Positions 18,959-27,690 of a DNA stretch of 53,052 nt are shown piece after piece. The translations under genes and the position numbers were made by a program. The DNA is taken from assembly GCA_963778905.1 (NCBI GenBank), contig CAVZWH010000007.1:1-53052 (forward strand). Reading direction: 5' to 3'. Positions within the stretch are counted from its first letter, which is position 1. Every line of letters begins with the position of its first letter. The notes under the pieces are model-generated. The model was given only the letters and a program-made list of their open reading frames with translations, did not search any database and was not told where the DNA came from. Origin of the DNA: Candidatus Staskawiczbacteria bacterium (GTDB taxonomy: Bacteria; Patescibacteriota; Minisyncoccia; Minisyncoccales; Staskawiczbacteraceae).

Positions 18959-19684
18959 TTAATTTTTGGTCTTTTTCTTTTCTCCGTAATGGCCGAATTT
19001 ATATTTGAAAATATCCGATTTTACAGGACCAATAAATATCATATGCAGTTCACAAAGTAAAAATTTTATTCCCGTTGAAACCCACCCATCTGTTTTGAAT
19101 CTTCTGTCTGAAACAAAAATTTTTGTTGATTTTATAATGCCAAATTTAGCGTCAAAAAGTTTTCGAGCTCGTCGAGCCAAATAATGGTCTTCGGCAAGTT
19201 TTACATCTTCGTCAAATCCTTCTGTTTTTTCAAAAAGATTTTTTTTCATCAAAATACCCATTGCCGCGTGCGGCAGAGCGCTTTCTAACAAAACAATCGG
19301 CTGATTATAAAAAACATTTAGCATAAATGTGGAAAATTTATTTTTAGGAACAGGGATTAGGCAAAAACTGGCAAGGTCAAGATTCCGTTTTTCAAACTCT
19401 GCCAGGGATTTTTCAAAAAAGTTATCTGGCAAAACAACATCAGCGTCGCAAAAAAATAATGTATCTCCTTTAGCTATTTTAGCTCCTTCGTTTCTGCCAT
19501 ATGCGGGCAAGCCGCCGGGAACAATTTTACAATTATATTTTTTGGCGATTTCTAAGGTTTTGTCCGTTGACCCGGCATCAGCTATTATAATTTCATAGTC
19601 AGCAAAATTCTGCTTTTTTATAGATTCTAAAAGAAGCCCTAAATATTTTTCTTCATTTAATGTTGGCGTGATAATGCTCAGCAT
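18959..19684 (-). CDS. Glycosyltransferase family 2
   Basis: SIITPTLNEE, IIIADAGSTD, RNEGA, FFCDAD motifs. Confidence 0.9.
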   Translation of the reverse strand: MLSIITPTLNEEKYLGLLLESIKKQNFADYEIIIADAGSTDKTLEIAKKYNCKIVPGGLPAYGRNEGAKIAKGDTLFFCDADVVLPDNFFEKSLAEFEKRNLDLASFCLIPVPKNKFSTFMLNVFYNQPIVLLESALPHAAMGILMKKNLFEKTEGFDEDVKLAEDHYLARRARKLFDAKFGIIKSTKIFVSDRRFKTDGWVSTGIKFLLCELHMIFIGPVKSDIFKYKFGHYGEKKKTKN

Positions 19685-19686
19685 GA

Positions 19687-19758
19687 TTAATTAAATAAAT
19701 TTTTGGCTTCGTTCCATATTGCTGGTTGATTTTGAGTTGTTTTCATCCAGTACCACCA
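19687..19758 (-). pseudogene. Orphan alternative 3' end of the upstream glycoside hydrolase gene
   Basis: Reads WWYWMKTTQNQPAIWNEAKNLFN*, versus the current end WWYWMKTKQGRPEIWQEAQKLFQQN*. 22-bp direct repeat at 19737-19758 / 19918-19939. Confidence 0.8.
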
Positions 19759-19861
19759 CGTCGCTCGTACAACTCGCTCCTTCAAAACCCTCGGTTTTGA
19801 ATAATTTCCTACACGGGAGGAACTTTTCCTCCCGACCCCTCCTTGAATGGTGGTACTGGAT
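19745..19861. mobile_element. REP/MITE-like multi-hairpin element bounded by a 14-bp inverted repeat
   Basis: ATCCAGTACCACCA...TGGTGGTACTGGAT enclosing hairpins at 19760-19780, 19781-19801 and 19814-19834. Confidence 0.6.
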
Positions 19862-20887
19862 TTAATTTTGTTGAAATAATTTTTGTGCTTCCTGCCAAAT
19901 TTCTGGTCTTCCCTGTTTTGTTTTCATCCAGTACCACCATTCTACCCCCCAAAAGTAAAATTTGTCCAGGCCGGTTTCTTTTGCGTACTCAATATTTTTT
20001 TCAAATAATTCCGGGTTCATTGTTTTTTCCTGCTCTGACAACGGAACATCATAAAATGGTTTGGACGCCCATGGTTCTGCCTGCAATTCTATGCAAATTA
20101 CATCTTTGCCAAATATTTTTTTTATAAGCAATGCTTTTCTCCAATAAGTTACCGGCGATAAAAATGAACTAAAATTAAATCCAAAACTATTTGTGATATG
20201 AGCCCAGACTTCTCTGTACATGGTGATTCCAACAATGTCTGCAATTTTTGCCGCGCCAAACCAGCTGGACTGCTCTCCCGAATCAGAGATAATAACAGGT
20301 CTTGAAGAGTCTAATGATTTTACCAAGGCAACTTCTGTTTTCAAAAAATCTCCATTATCATAATACCACGACGGGCATTGTCCGAAATTAAAAAGCGGCT
20401 CATTTTCCACCTGCCAGTCAATAATTGCATCATTATTTTTATATCTTAAAACAACTTCTTTTATATATTTCAGCAATTCTTGCTGCTGGTCTGCTTTTGA
20501 AAGATTTGTTGCCCAAACCGGAATGTGGCACTCCGGCCAGCGTCCGCTTTTCATGCCGACAACATATATAATTTTTACTCCTTTACTTTCCGCCTGCGAT
20601 AACTGCCAATCAACATCGTCAAAATAATAATTATCTTTTTTTCCTTCAATCCAATCCCATTGCGTGTGCAATTTAATATTTTTTACACCCAAATCATCAA
20701 TTATTGCCAAATAAGTTTCTTTCCAGTTTAATTTTAGGTTTTCTGCCTGCATCTGCGAAAAATCAACGCCCCAGGTTATATTTTTTGACTCAGGAACCGA
20801 GCCGACAAAAAAATAACAAAAAATAATTACTAATATGATGACAATTATTATCAAACAAAAAATTAATGCCTTCAAAATTTTTTTCAT
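19862..20887 (-). CDS. Membrane-anchored glycoside hydrolase-like TIM-barrel protein (clan GH-A-like)
   Basis: WQVENEP (acid/base Glu) and ICIELQAEPW (nucleophile-like Glu); N-terminal TM. Confidence 0.7.
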   Translation of the reverse strand: MKKILKALIFCLIIIVIILVIIFCYFFVGSVPESKNITWGVDFSQMQAENLKLNWKETYLAIIDDLGVKNIKLHTQWDWIEGKKDNYYFDDVDWQLSQAESKGVKIIYVVGMKSGRWPECHIPVWATNLSKADQQQELLKYIKEVVLRYKNNDAIIDWQVENEPLFNFGQCPSWYYDNGDFLKTEVALVKSLDSSRPVIISDSGEQSSWFGAAKIADIVGITMYREVWAHITNSFGFNFSSFLSPVTYWRKALLIKKIFGKDVICIELQAEPWASKPFYDVPLSEQEKTMNPELFEKNIEYAKETGLDKFYFWGVEWWYWMKTKQGRPEIWQEAQKLFQQN

Positions 20888-22176
20888 TATTTCAAAACTA
20901 TTTTTTCTATGTTATATGTTCCCATTTTTTCTATTTCAATAAAACCCTGCATGGCAACTTCTGCTAAATCTCCGGCATTAAGCGAATCGTAAAACCATTG
21001 ATCGGCATATTTTGGATTTTCCTGCGAGACGCCGGCACCCACATGCAGAAGCCATCTTTTATTGAAATCCTCCTGAGAGCCGATTGTTGGAGCTATAATT
21101 ATGGGAATGCCCAAACCCGCGTAGAAAGAAAGTTCTGATGGTTTAGTCCACAAAACATCGGTTTCCCTCAACGTTTCGTTAAAAATTTTAAAATATTCGT
21201 TGGTTGTCATGGCAGAAAGCACGTGCACCCACCCGTCCAGTTTTAATCCTCTAATGTTTTCTGTAAAATATTTTCTTAATTCTTCCCTCACGCCAACAGC
21301 AATAATAAATCTTAAATTTTTATTTTTTATTTTTTCTTTTAAGCTGTTTATCGCATTCAATGGTATTTCTTTTTGCGCTCCGGCTCCTCCTATGGAAAAC
21401 ATAATCGTTAAAGGATGATTTGATTTTTCCGGCAATTTTCCCAAAGAACCTTTAATCAGCGGCTCATATATTTTTCTGTATTTTTTATTTGGGTCTAAAT
21501 TCAAAAGGCGGTGCCTCATATCATCTTTTAGAATTTCCAAATCAGCGCCCAAATTTTCTTTTGGCAACGGGTAGCCTGTTAAAAAAATATTTTCTGCATT
21601 CACGCCGTAAAGCTTTAATCTGTCTCTTACCCAAGTGCACGGAGCAAAATATTTTATTTTGCTTTTTTTAGGATTTATTGAAACCCAAGTTCTGTTTATA
21701 TCTGCATCGCAAACTACGCAATAAATTTGACTGGGATATTTTAATTCTTCCGCCATAAAAGCCGGCGTAAAAAATGTGGAAACCAGCGGCAATGGATTTT
21801 TTTTCAGTCTTTCTATCAAATCTTTTCCCCATCCTCTTTTTATAAAATAAAAAATATTTCTTAAGGTGATGTTGGGCATAGACAAATCTCTTTTGGGATA
21901 ATAACTCATTATTTTTTGGAATTTGTCTAAAACAGAAAACATAAAATCTCCAAGAATAGGAATTTTTTTGAATCTGGAAATAAACTCATATAAAGAACGG
22001 GTTTGCTGCCAAAAATCTTTGTCTTTTTCAGGAATTCCGTCATAGCTGTTGGCATTAATAACTTTTCCTGAAAAAGCGATGTCCCTTAAAGGATAAGCAG
22101 TTCTCTGGTGTCCATAGCCCATATCAGCTGCTATGACCCACACCTTTTTATTTTTTTTACTTTTATCATTATTCAT
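20887..22176 (-). CDS. GT-B glycosyltransferase-like protein (MGDG synthase/MurG-like)
   Basis: ADMGYGH, TGYPL, IGGAGA, TKPSELSFYAGLGIPII motifs. Confidence 0.7.
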   Translation of the reverse strand: MNNDKSKKNKKVWVIAADMGYGHQRTAYPLRDIAFSGKVINANSYDGIPEKDKDFWQQTRSLYEFISRFKKIPILGDFMFSVLDKFQKIMSYYPKRDLSMPNITLRNIFYFIKRGWGKDLIERLKKNPLPLVSTFFTPAFMAEELKYPSQIYCVVCDADINRTWVSINPKKSKIKYFAPCTWVRDRLKLYGVNAENIFLTGYPLPKENLGADLEILKDDMRHRLLNLDPNKKYRKIYEPLIKGSLGKLPEKSNHPLTIMFSIGGAGAQKEIPLNAINSLKEKIKNKNLRFIIAVGVREELRKYFTENIRGLKLDGWVHVLSAMTTNEYFKIFNETLRETDVLWTKPSELSFYAGLGIPIIIAPTIGSQEDFNKRWLLHVGAGVSQENPKYADQWFYDSLNAGDLAEVAMQGFIEIEKMGTYNIEKIVLK

Positions 22177-22277
22177 ATTTATCTATTATACCTTATATCT
22201 TGAAAAATTTTAATATTCTGGTAATATTATTCTGTAGTACCAACCATTCTTGATCATTGACATGGAGGAACCAGGCA

Positions 22278-22862
22278 ATGTTATTTGCACTTGAAGAAAT
22301 AATGAAAACGGAAATGTTTTGGGCGCCGGCATTAGGCGCCACAGTTTTGATTTTGATTCTGGCTATAATAGCTTTAAATCTTAAATTCAACCCGCCGACA
22401 AATCAAAAAGAAGAAAAGGTAAAGCCAAAAACGATTATCGTTTTCTGCTCTGACCCGAGGTTTCAGGCCGAATTTGCCAAGTTTGTTAGAAAAAGGCTTG
22501 GACTGGGAGATGGAGAATTTGTGCCAATCCTTACTGCTGGAGGTCCGGCTGCTTTTGCCAACACAGCCAAACGCTGCTATGACTTCAAGTTTCTGAAAGG
22601 ACAAATTGAATTCTTCTCGGAACATTTTCCGTCAATAGAAGAAATTGTTTTGGTCGGCCACCAGGACTGCGGATATTATAACGAAATCCTTGAGTTGCCT
22701 GGCCAAGAAAAGGAAGACCTGATACAAGCCAGGCGGACTCTCGGCACGTTTTGGGTCAAATCAGTTTGGCTCTACTATGCCAAGTTTTCGTCTGATGACC
22801 AGACCCAAATAATATTTGACCAAGTGCTTGCGCCCTCGGCGGCCCAAGTATCTATGCCATAA
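22278..22862 (+). CDS. Membrane-anchored beta-carbonic-anhydrase-like protein
   Basis: Zn-ligand pattern CSDPR...HQDCG; one TM. GGAGG SD 9 nt upstream of ATG 22278. Lone plus-strand, GC-richer gene. Confidence 0.6.
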   Translation: MLFALEEIMKTEMFWAPALGATVLILILAIIALNLKFNPPTNQKEEKVKPKTIIVFCSDPRFQAEFAKFVRKRLGLGDGEFVPILTAGGPAAFANTAKRCYDFKFLKGQIEFFSEHFPSIEEIVLVGHQDCGYYNEILELPGQEKEDLIQARRTLGTFWVKSVWLYYAKFSSDDQTQIIFDQVLAPSAAQVSMP

Positions 22863-22895
22863 GATTTATTCTGTGGCTTTTTTTTATTTTGCTTT

Positions 22896-24389
22896 CTAAA
22901 AAATCCTAGAATATTTTTTATTTAGAAACCAAGTAAAAAATCCAATAATTATGTATGAAAATAAAAGCCAAACCCATGAAACATTTGTGATAGTTTTTGT
23001 CATCTGAGGCTGAGAAAAAAAGTTAACCACCCACATAAAATATAAAAGTAAAAAATAACAAGGAACCGATAACAGCCAGCCCAGCGCCGACCAAAAAATT
23101 CCGACTAAAGAAGATAAAAATCCAAAAAGCATCAAGTAATAAAAAATCGGCAAAATTAAAATATTGGCTATCGGAAAAACCCAGGAAATATTGCCGAAAT
23201 TAAAAACCACAATTGGCAAGGTAAAAATTTGGGCGGCAAATGTTACAGAGACCAGCATCAGCGCACTTTCGTGCTTTTCTGCAATTTTTATATTAAGAAA
23301 TTTTTTTATCAAAAATTTTATAAAATTTCTTACAAGCGGCTCAAAATAAATTAGTCCCAAAACAGCCAAAAATGAAAGCTGAAATCCAACATCATAAAAT
23401 AAAAGCAAAGGATTTGCTAAAAGTATTAAAGCAGCTGCCAGCGCAACTATTCTAAAACTAAACGCCTGCCGACCAAATTTTTGCGCCAGCAAATAAGTTC
23501 CGCCCATAATTCCGGCTCTTAACGCTGCAGCCGATGCGCCTGTTAAAATAATATAAGTGCAAATAAAAATTATGGTAATATAAAAAGCTTTATTTCGCCA
23601 CATTCCTATTGCCAAAAGAAAAGACATCACAATTGAAATTAAAATCACAATGTGCAGTCCGGAAATAGCAATAAAATGCCTCAAACCGGTGACGCTTAAC
23701 TTGTTTTTTAAGTCCTGGCTCATTGCTCCGTTGTCTCCCAAAATAGTCCCCTGCAAAATTGAACTTTGCGGCGGCAAAAAATTATTTTGTATGCTTTGCC
23801 TTAATCCCTGCTTCAAAAATAAAATTTTCTCATAAGACCAAGAAAAAATATTATATTGATGTTCTGTAGACACTAATTCAATTTTTGGGAAACTCATTAC
23901 AGAATAAATGTGTTGTGGCAGTAAATAATTTTTGTAATTAAAATCGTCGGCTGCCATTGGAGTTTCCAATTTTCCTGTAAGTTTTATTTTGTCTAAATAT
24001 TTATATTCCGGATAAATATTTGTTGTTGCTAAAATTATGCTATCTGCAACTTTTACTTTAATTTTTTGAGAAGCATCCCTGACATCCGGCTCATCAGAAA
24101 TTATGCCGGTTAAAACAACTTGTCCTTTGTCGTTAAGTTTGCTCAGCTTATCGTTTGCAATATTAAATTCAGAAATTTGCACTCTCAAAATTGCCATAAT
24201 CAAAAATAAAAAACAAAATCCAGCGATTATCAAAATATCTTTTTTTATTAAAAGAAAAACAACAATCGCCAGCAAATCTGCAAATAAAAAAGCCCAAATA
24301 AAAATCTGGGGAATTTTAATTATCGATTCTAAAAATATTCCAGCAACAAACGAAACGCAAAGAAAAAATAATATCTTAGACGGCGTCAT
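22896..24389 (-). CDS. comEC: ComEC/Rec2 competence protein (no C-terminal MBL domain)
   Basis: GLRHFIAISGLHI, SAAALRAGIMG, DVGFQLSFLA, PIANIL motifs. Confidence 0.92.
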   Translation of the reverse strand: MTPSKILFFLCVSFVAGIFLESIIKIPQIFIWAFLFADLLAIVVFLLIKKDILIIAGFCFLFLIMAILRVQISEFNIANDKLSKLNDKGQVVLTGIISDEPDVRDASQKIKVKVADSIILATTNIYPEYKYLDKIKLTGKLETPMAADDFNYKNYLLPQHIYSVMSFPKIELVSTEHQYNIFSWSYEKILFLKQGLRQSIQNNFLPPQSSILQGTILGDNGAMSQDLKNKLSVTGLRHFIAISGLHIVILISIVMSFLLAIGMWRNKAFYITIIFICTYIILTGASAAALRAGIMGGTYLLAQKFGRQAFSFRIVALAAALILLANPLLLFYDVGFQLSFLAVLGLIYFEPLVRNFIKFLIKKFLNIKIAEKHESALMLVSVTFAAQIFTLPIVVFNFGNISWVFPIANILILPIFYYLMLFGFLSSLVGIFWSALGWLLSVPCYFLLLYFMWVVNFFSQPQMTKTITNVSWVWLLFSYIIIGFFTWFLNKKYSRIF

Positions 24390-24396
24390 TTAGTGC

Positions 24397-24450
24397 ATTA
24401 GCTTATGGTAAGATTTTTTGCGGCCGCAAAAAATCTTACCATAAGCTAAT
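24397..24450. repeat. 54-bp perfect palindrome without spacer
   Basis: ATTAGCTTATGGTAAGATTTTTTGCGG|CCGCAAAAAATCTTACCATAAGCTAAT. Confidence 0.9.
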
Positions 24451-24458
24451 TATGCTTT

Positions 24459-25166
24459 TTATGCGCGAAGCTGACAAAGTTTGAAATATGGAGAAATTTC
24501 TTTTGCGATTTCTTCTAAAAATTCTTTTGAGAATGGTTTTACTTTTTCAAATTCCGGGTCAATTGTTTTTTCTGCTCTAAAATTTTGCAAATAGTATTTC
24601 ACATTTTCTCCTCCAATCCATTTTGCAATTTCTAAAAATTCTTCTTTTTTATGAATGCCGGGCACCACGGTTGTGCGAAATTCAAAATCTAAATTTCCAT
24701 TTTTCAAAAACTCAACGCTTTCTTTTATATTTTCCATTTTTACCCCTTCGCCCAAAATGTTTTCGTATATTTGATTACTGGACGAAGATTTTATATCCAT
24801 GGCAACATAATCAATTAATTTTGTATCAGCTAAATCTTTTAACATTCTAGGATTTGACCCATTAGTATCAAGTTTCACGCTAAATCCTAAATTTTTAATT
24901 TTTTCTATAAATTGCGGCAAATCTTTGTTTATTGTCGGCTCCCCACCGCAAACTACAACGCCTTCCAGCAAACCTTGCCTTTGTCTTAAAAAATCAAAAA
25001 ATTCTTTTTCTGAAAACCTGGGCTGACTTACAATTTTCAAAGGCAAAACCAACTCCGAAGAATAGCACCAAGGACACCTGAAATTACAGCCAGCCAAAAA
25101 AACCACACAGGCAATTTTTCCCGGATAGTCTATCAACGTTGTTTTTTGCAAACCGGCGATTATCAT
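24459..25166 (-). CDS. nrdG: Anaerobic ribonucleotide reductase activating protein
   Basis: GCNFRCPWC radical SAM motif, GGEPT, KLDTNGS; adjacent to nrdD. Start chosen at MIIAGLQK. Confidence 0.92.
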   Translation of the reverse strand: MIIAGLQKTTLIDYPGKIACVVFLAGCNFRCPWCYSSELVLPLKIVSQPRFSEKEFFDFLRQRQGLLEGVVVCGGEPTINKDLPQFIEKIKNLGFSVKLDTNGSNPRMLKDLADTKLIDYVAMDIKSSSSNQIYENILGEGVKMENIKESVEFLKNGNLDFEFRTTVVPGIHKKEEFLEIAKWIGGENVKYYLQNFRAEKTIDPEFEKVKPFSKEFLEEIAKEISPYFKLCQLRA

Positions 25167-25172
25167 AGACTT

Positions 25173-25199
25173 AAAGCCCCTTTTTAGCAAAGGGGCTTT
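25173..25199 (-). terminator. Hairpin between nrdD and nrdG
   Basis: AAAGCCCCTTT-TTAGC-AAAGGGGCTTT. Confidence 0.55.
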
Positions 25200-25206
25200 T
25201 TTGAAT

Positions 25207-27375
25207 TTATGCTGCGACTTTTTCTTCCGCTTTTTCCAAAACCTCTTTTGCTATTTCCGTCGGGCAGACAAACTCCTTTCTTTCTTTGTATTCTTCTTGC
25301 TTGCCTTTGTGCCATTGCTGAACCGGCCTAATGTATCCTACAACTCTTGAATAAACTTCGCAGGGCTGTTTTATCGTGCATTGAGGGCATTCAAAATGTT
25401 CGCCGGAAAGATAACCGTGCGTTGGGCAAATTGAAAAAGTTGGAGTTAAAGTAATGTACGGCAAGCTGTATTTTTCAAATATTTTTTTAACTAAATTTTT
25501 TGCCATATTCGGGTCTGAAATTTTTTCTCCCAAAAATATGTGCAAAACGGTTCCGCCGGTATATTTTGTCTGCAAGTTATTTTGCAAGTCCAAAGCCTCA
25601 AAAACATCGTCTGTAAAACCAACCGGCAACTGGCTTGAATTTGTGTAAAATGGAACTTCATTTGTGCCAGCTGTAATAATATCAGGATATTTTTCTTTGT
25701 CGGTTTTTGCCTGTCTGTAACTTGTGCCTTCGGCCGGAGTTGCTTCCAAATTATACAAATTTCCAGTTTCTTCCTGAAATTTTATCATTTTGTCTCGCAT
25801 AAAATCTAAAATTTCAATGGCAAATTTTCTGCCTTTTGGAGTTGTAATGTCTTCTTCCAAAAAGTTGAGCAAAGATTCGTTCATTCCGCAAATTCCAATT
25901 GTTGCAAAATGATTTCCAAAATAAGAATTTCGCAAAGTTTTTACATCGGCCAAATAATGCCTTGAATAAGGATAAAGCCCTTTTTCCATAAAGTTATCCA
26001 ATGCCTTTCTTTTAATTTCTAAACTTTCTTTTGCCAAGTCCATCAAATGGCTTAGGCGATTAAAAAATTCTGTTTTTGTTTTGGAAGTATATCCGATTCT
26101 CGGCAAATTAATTGTAACCACTCCAATTGATCCTGTTTTTGGAGAAGAGCCAAACAATCCGCCGCCTCTTTTGTACAATTCCCTATTATCTAAACGCAAC
26201 CTGCAACACATTGACCTGGCGTCATCGGGACTCATGTCTGAATGGATAAAATTTGAAAAATAATTTATTCCGTATTTTGCTGTTGCTTCCCACATTGCCG
26301 CTAAATTTGGATTATCCCATTCAAAATCTTTTCCAACGGAAACTGTTGGAATTGGAAAAGTAAACGGCCTGCCGGATGCGTCTCCTTCCATTAAACCTTC
26401 GTAGAAAGCTTTTATAAACATATCTATTTCCGGCTGAAATTCTCCATAGGTTTCGTTTTGCGGTTCGCCACCGATTATTACCGGCTGCTTTGCCAAAAAT
26501 ACCGGCGGCTTAATGTCCAAAGAAACATTTAAGAATGGTGTCTGGAAACCAACGCGTGTGGGCACCATGCAGCTGTATAAAAATTCCTGCATCACTTGTT
26601 TTACCTGTTTGTAATTTAAGTTGTCGTATCTGATGAACGGAGCCAACAATGTGTCAAAGTTTGAAATAGCATTTGCTCCGGCCGTTTCTCCCTGCAAAGT
26701 AAACAAAACATTTACTAATTGCCCCATGGCAGTTCTAAGATGCTTTGGAGGTTTGCATTCTATTTTTCCCGACACTCCGCCAAATCCTTTTATTAAAAAA
26801 TCATACAAGTCCCAGCCGGCGCAATATGGAGCCAGCAACTCTAGGTTATGAATATGAAAATCTTCGCTGGCTGCAGCATCTCTTATTTCTTTTGGATAAA
26901 TTTTGTTCAGCCAATATTTTTTTGAAATAAAAGAACCGACATACTGGTTTAGTCCCTGCAAAGAAAAAGTCATGTTGGCGTTTTCTTTAACCTGCCAGTC
27001 AACCTCTTTTAGATAACTGTCTATTTTTTCTGAAGACTCATCTGAAACCTTCGCCAACTCACGAATTGCCCTTCTCTGCTCCCTGTATAAAATATATGCT
27101 TTTGCGGTTTCAACCAAATCTTCCAAAATCAACGCTTCTTCAACAATGTCCTGAATCTGTTCAATGTGTGGAATTTCGCCTTTTTTGAACCTGCGGTTTA
27201 ACAGCTGAACAACTTTGTCTGAAACTTTTTTGGAAATTTCGCCGTCACCTTGATTTGCTGCAATAACTGCCTTATGAATTGCATTGACAATTTTTTCCTG
27301 CTCAAAATCAACAATTCTTCCGTCTCTCTTTTGAACTTTTTCTATATTATTTTTTACTTTTACTTCTGCTTCCAT
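25207..27375 (-). CDS. nrdD: Class III (anaerobic) ribonucleoside-triphosphate reductase with ATP cone
   Basis: N-terminal ATP cone (VQKRDGRIVDF), SMCCRL, Zn-binding CPTH...CPQC, glycyl-radical YSRVVGYIRPV. Confidence 0.95.
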   Translation of the reverse strand: MEAEVKVKNNIEKVQKRDGRIVDFEQEKIVNAIHKAVIAANQGDGEISKKVSDKVVQLLNRRFKKGEIPHIEQIQDIVEEALILEDLVETAKAYILYREQRRAIRELAKVSDESSEKIDSYLKEVDWQVKENANMTFSLQGLNQYVGSFISKKYWLNKIYPKEIRDAAASEDFHIHNLELLAPYCAGWDLYDFLIKGFGGVSGKIECKPPKHLRTAMGQLVNVLFTLQGETAGANAISNFDTLLAPFIRYDNLNYKQVKQVMQEFLYSCMVPTRVGFQTPFLNVSLDIKPPVFLAKQPVIIGGEPQNETYGEFQPEIDMFIKAFYEGLMEGDASGRPFTFPIPTVSVGKDFEWDNPNLAAMWEATAKYGINYFSNFIHSDMSPDDARSMCCRLRLDNRELYKRGGGLFGSSPKTGSIGVVTINLPRIGYTSKTKTEFFNRLSHLMDLAKESLEIKRKALDNFMEKGLYPYSRHYLADVKTLRNSYFGNHFATIGICGMNESLLNFLEEDITTPKGRKFAIEILDFMRDKMIKFQEETGNLYNLEATPAEGTSYRQAKTDKEKYPDIITAGTNEVPFYTNSSQLPVGFTDDVFEALDLQNNLQTKYTGGTVLHIFLGEKISDPNMAKNLVKKIFEKYSLPYITLTPTFSICPTHGYLSGEHFECPQCTIKQPCEVYSRVVGYIRPVQQWHKGKQEEYKERKEFVCPTEIAKEVLEKAEEKVAA

Positions 27376-27509
27376 AATAATTTGGGGACAAAAAAATGGC
27401 CGGAGCCTTTAATTAATTTTTAAACTTAAAAATCTTTTTGCGACGAAAAACTTTTAAGTGGTATATCTGTTCATTACTACATTTTACTCTACCCAAAAAC
27501 TAGGTCAAG

Positions 27510-27607
27510 CCCCGTTAGAAATTATATTGTTCGTGAAATCTGTGGAAAACTTTTAACAAAAATAATTTTTCAGCTTTTTTCCGTTTTTACTATGATTTCT
27601 AACGGGG
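27510..27607. mobile_element. MITE-like element, 98 bp, 13-bp TIR, 4-bp TSD
   Basis: CCCCGTTAGAAAT...ATTTCTAACGGGG flanked by CAAG (27506-27509) and CAAG (27608-27611). Confidence 0.85.
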
Positions 27608-27632
27608 CAAGAGCCACTTTGCATATAAAATC

Positions 27633-27641
27633 TGTGAATAA
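27633..27641 (-). promoter_or_regulatory. DnaA box upstream of nrdD
   Basis: TGTGAATAA = TTATTCACA (TTATNCACA consensus); a one-mismatch box TGTGGAAAA lies at 27541-27549. Confidence 0.4.
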
Positions 27642-27648
27642 GTTATGC

Positions 27649-27689
27649 TTTAGCAAAAAAAACGCCTCCTGGGCGTTTTTTTTGCTAAA
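27649..27689 (-). terminator. Terminator after ftsZ
   Basis: TTTAGCAAAAAAAACGCC-TCCTG-GGCGTTTTTTTTGCTAAA, 18-bp stem. Confidence 0.75.
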
Positions 27690-27690
27690 T

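Noticed and set aside
19687-19942. DGR template/variable repeat pair
   Set aside because: Differences between the two tails are not confined to adenines of either copy, and there is no reverse transcriptase in the window.
22236-22249. AGTACCAACCATTC resembling the end of the 19745-19861 element
   Set aside because: Short, needs an indel, and has no partner end or hairpins; chance is plausible.
27440-27505. NrdR boxes upstream of nrdD
   Set aside because: Only a weak partial match (TACTACATTTTAC); no tandem pair.
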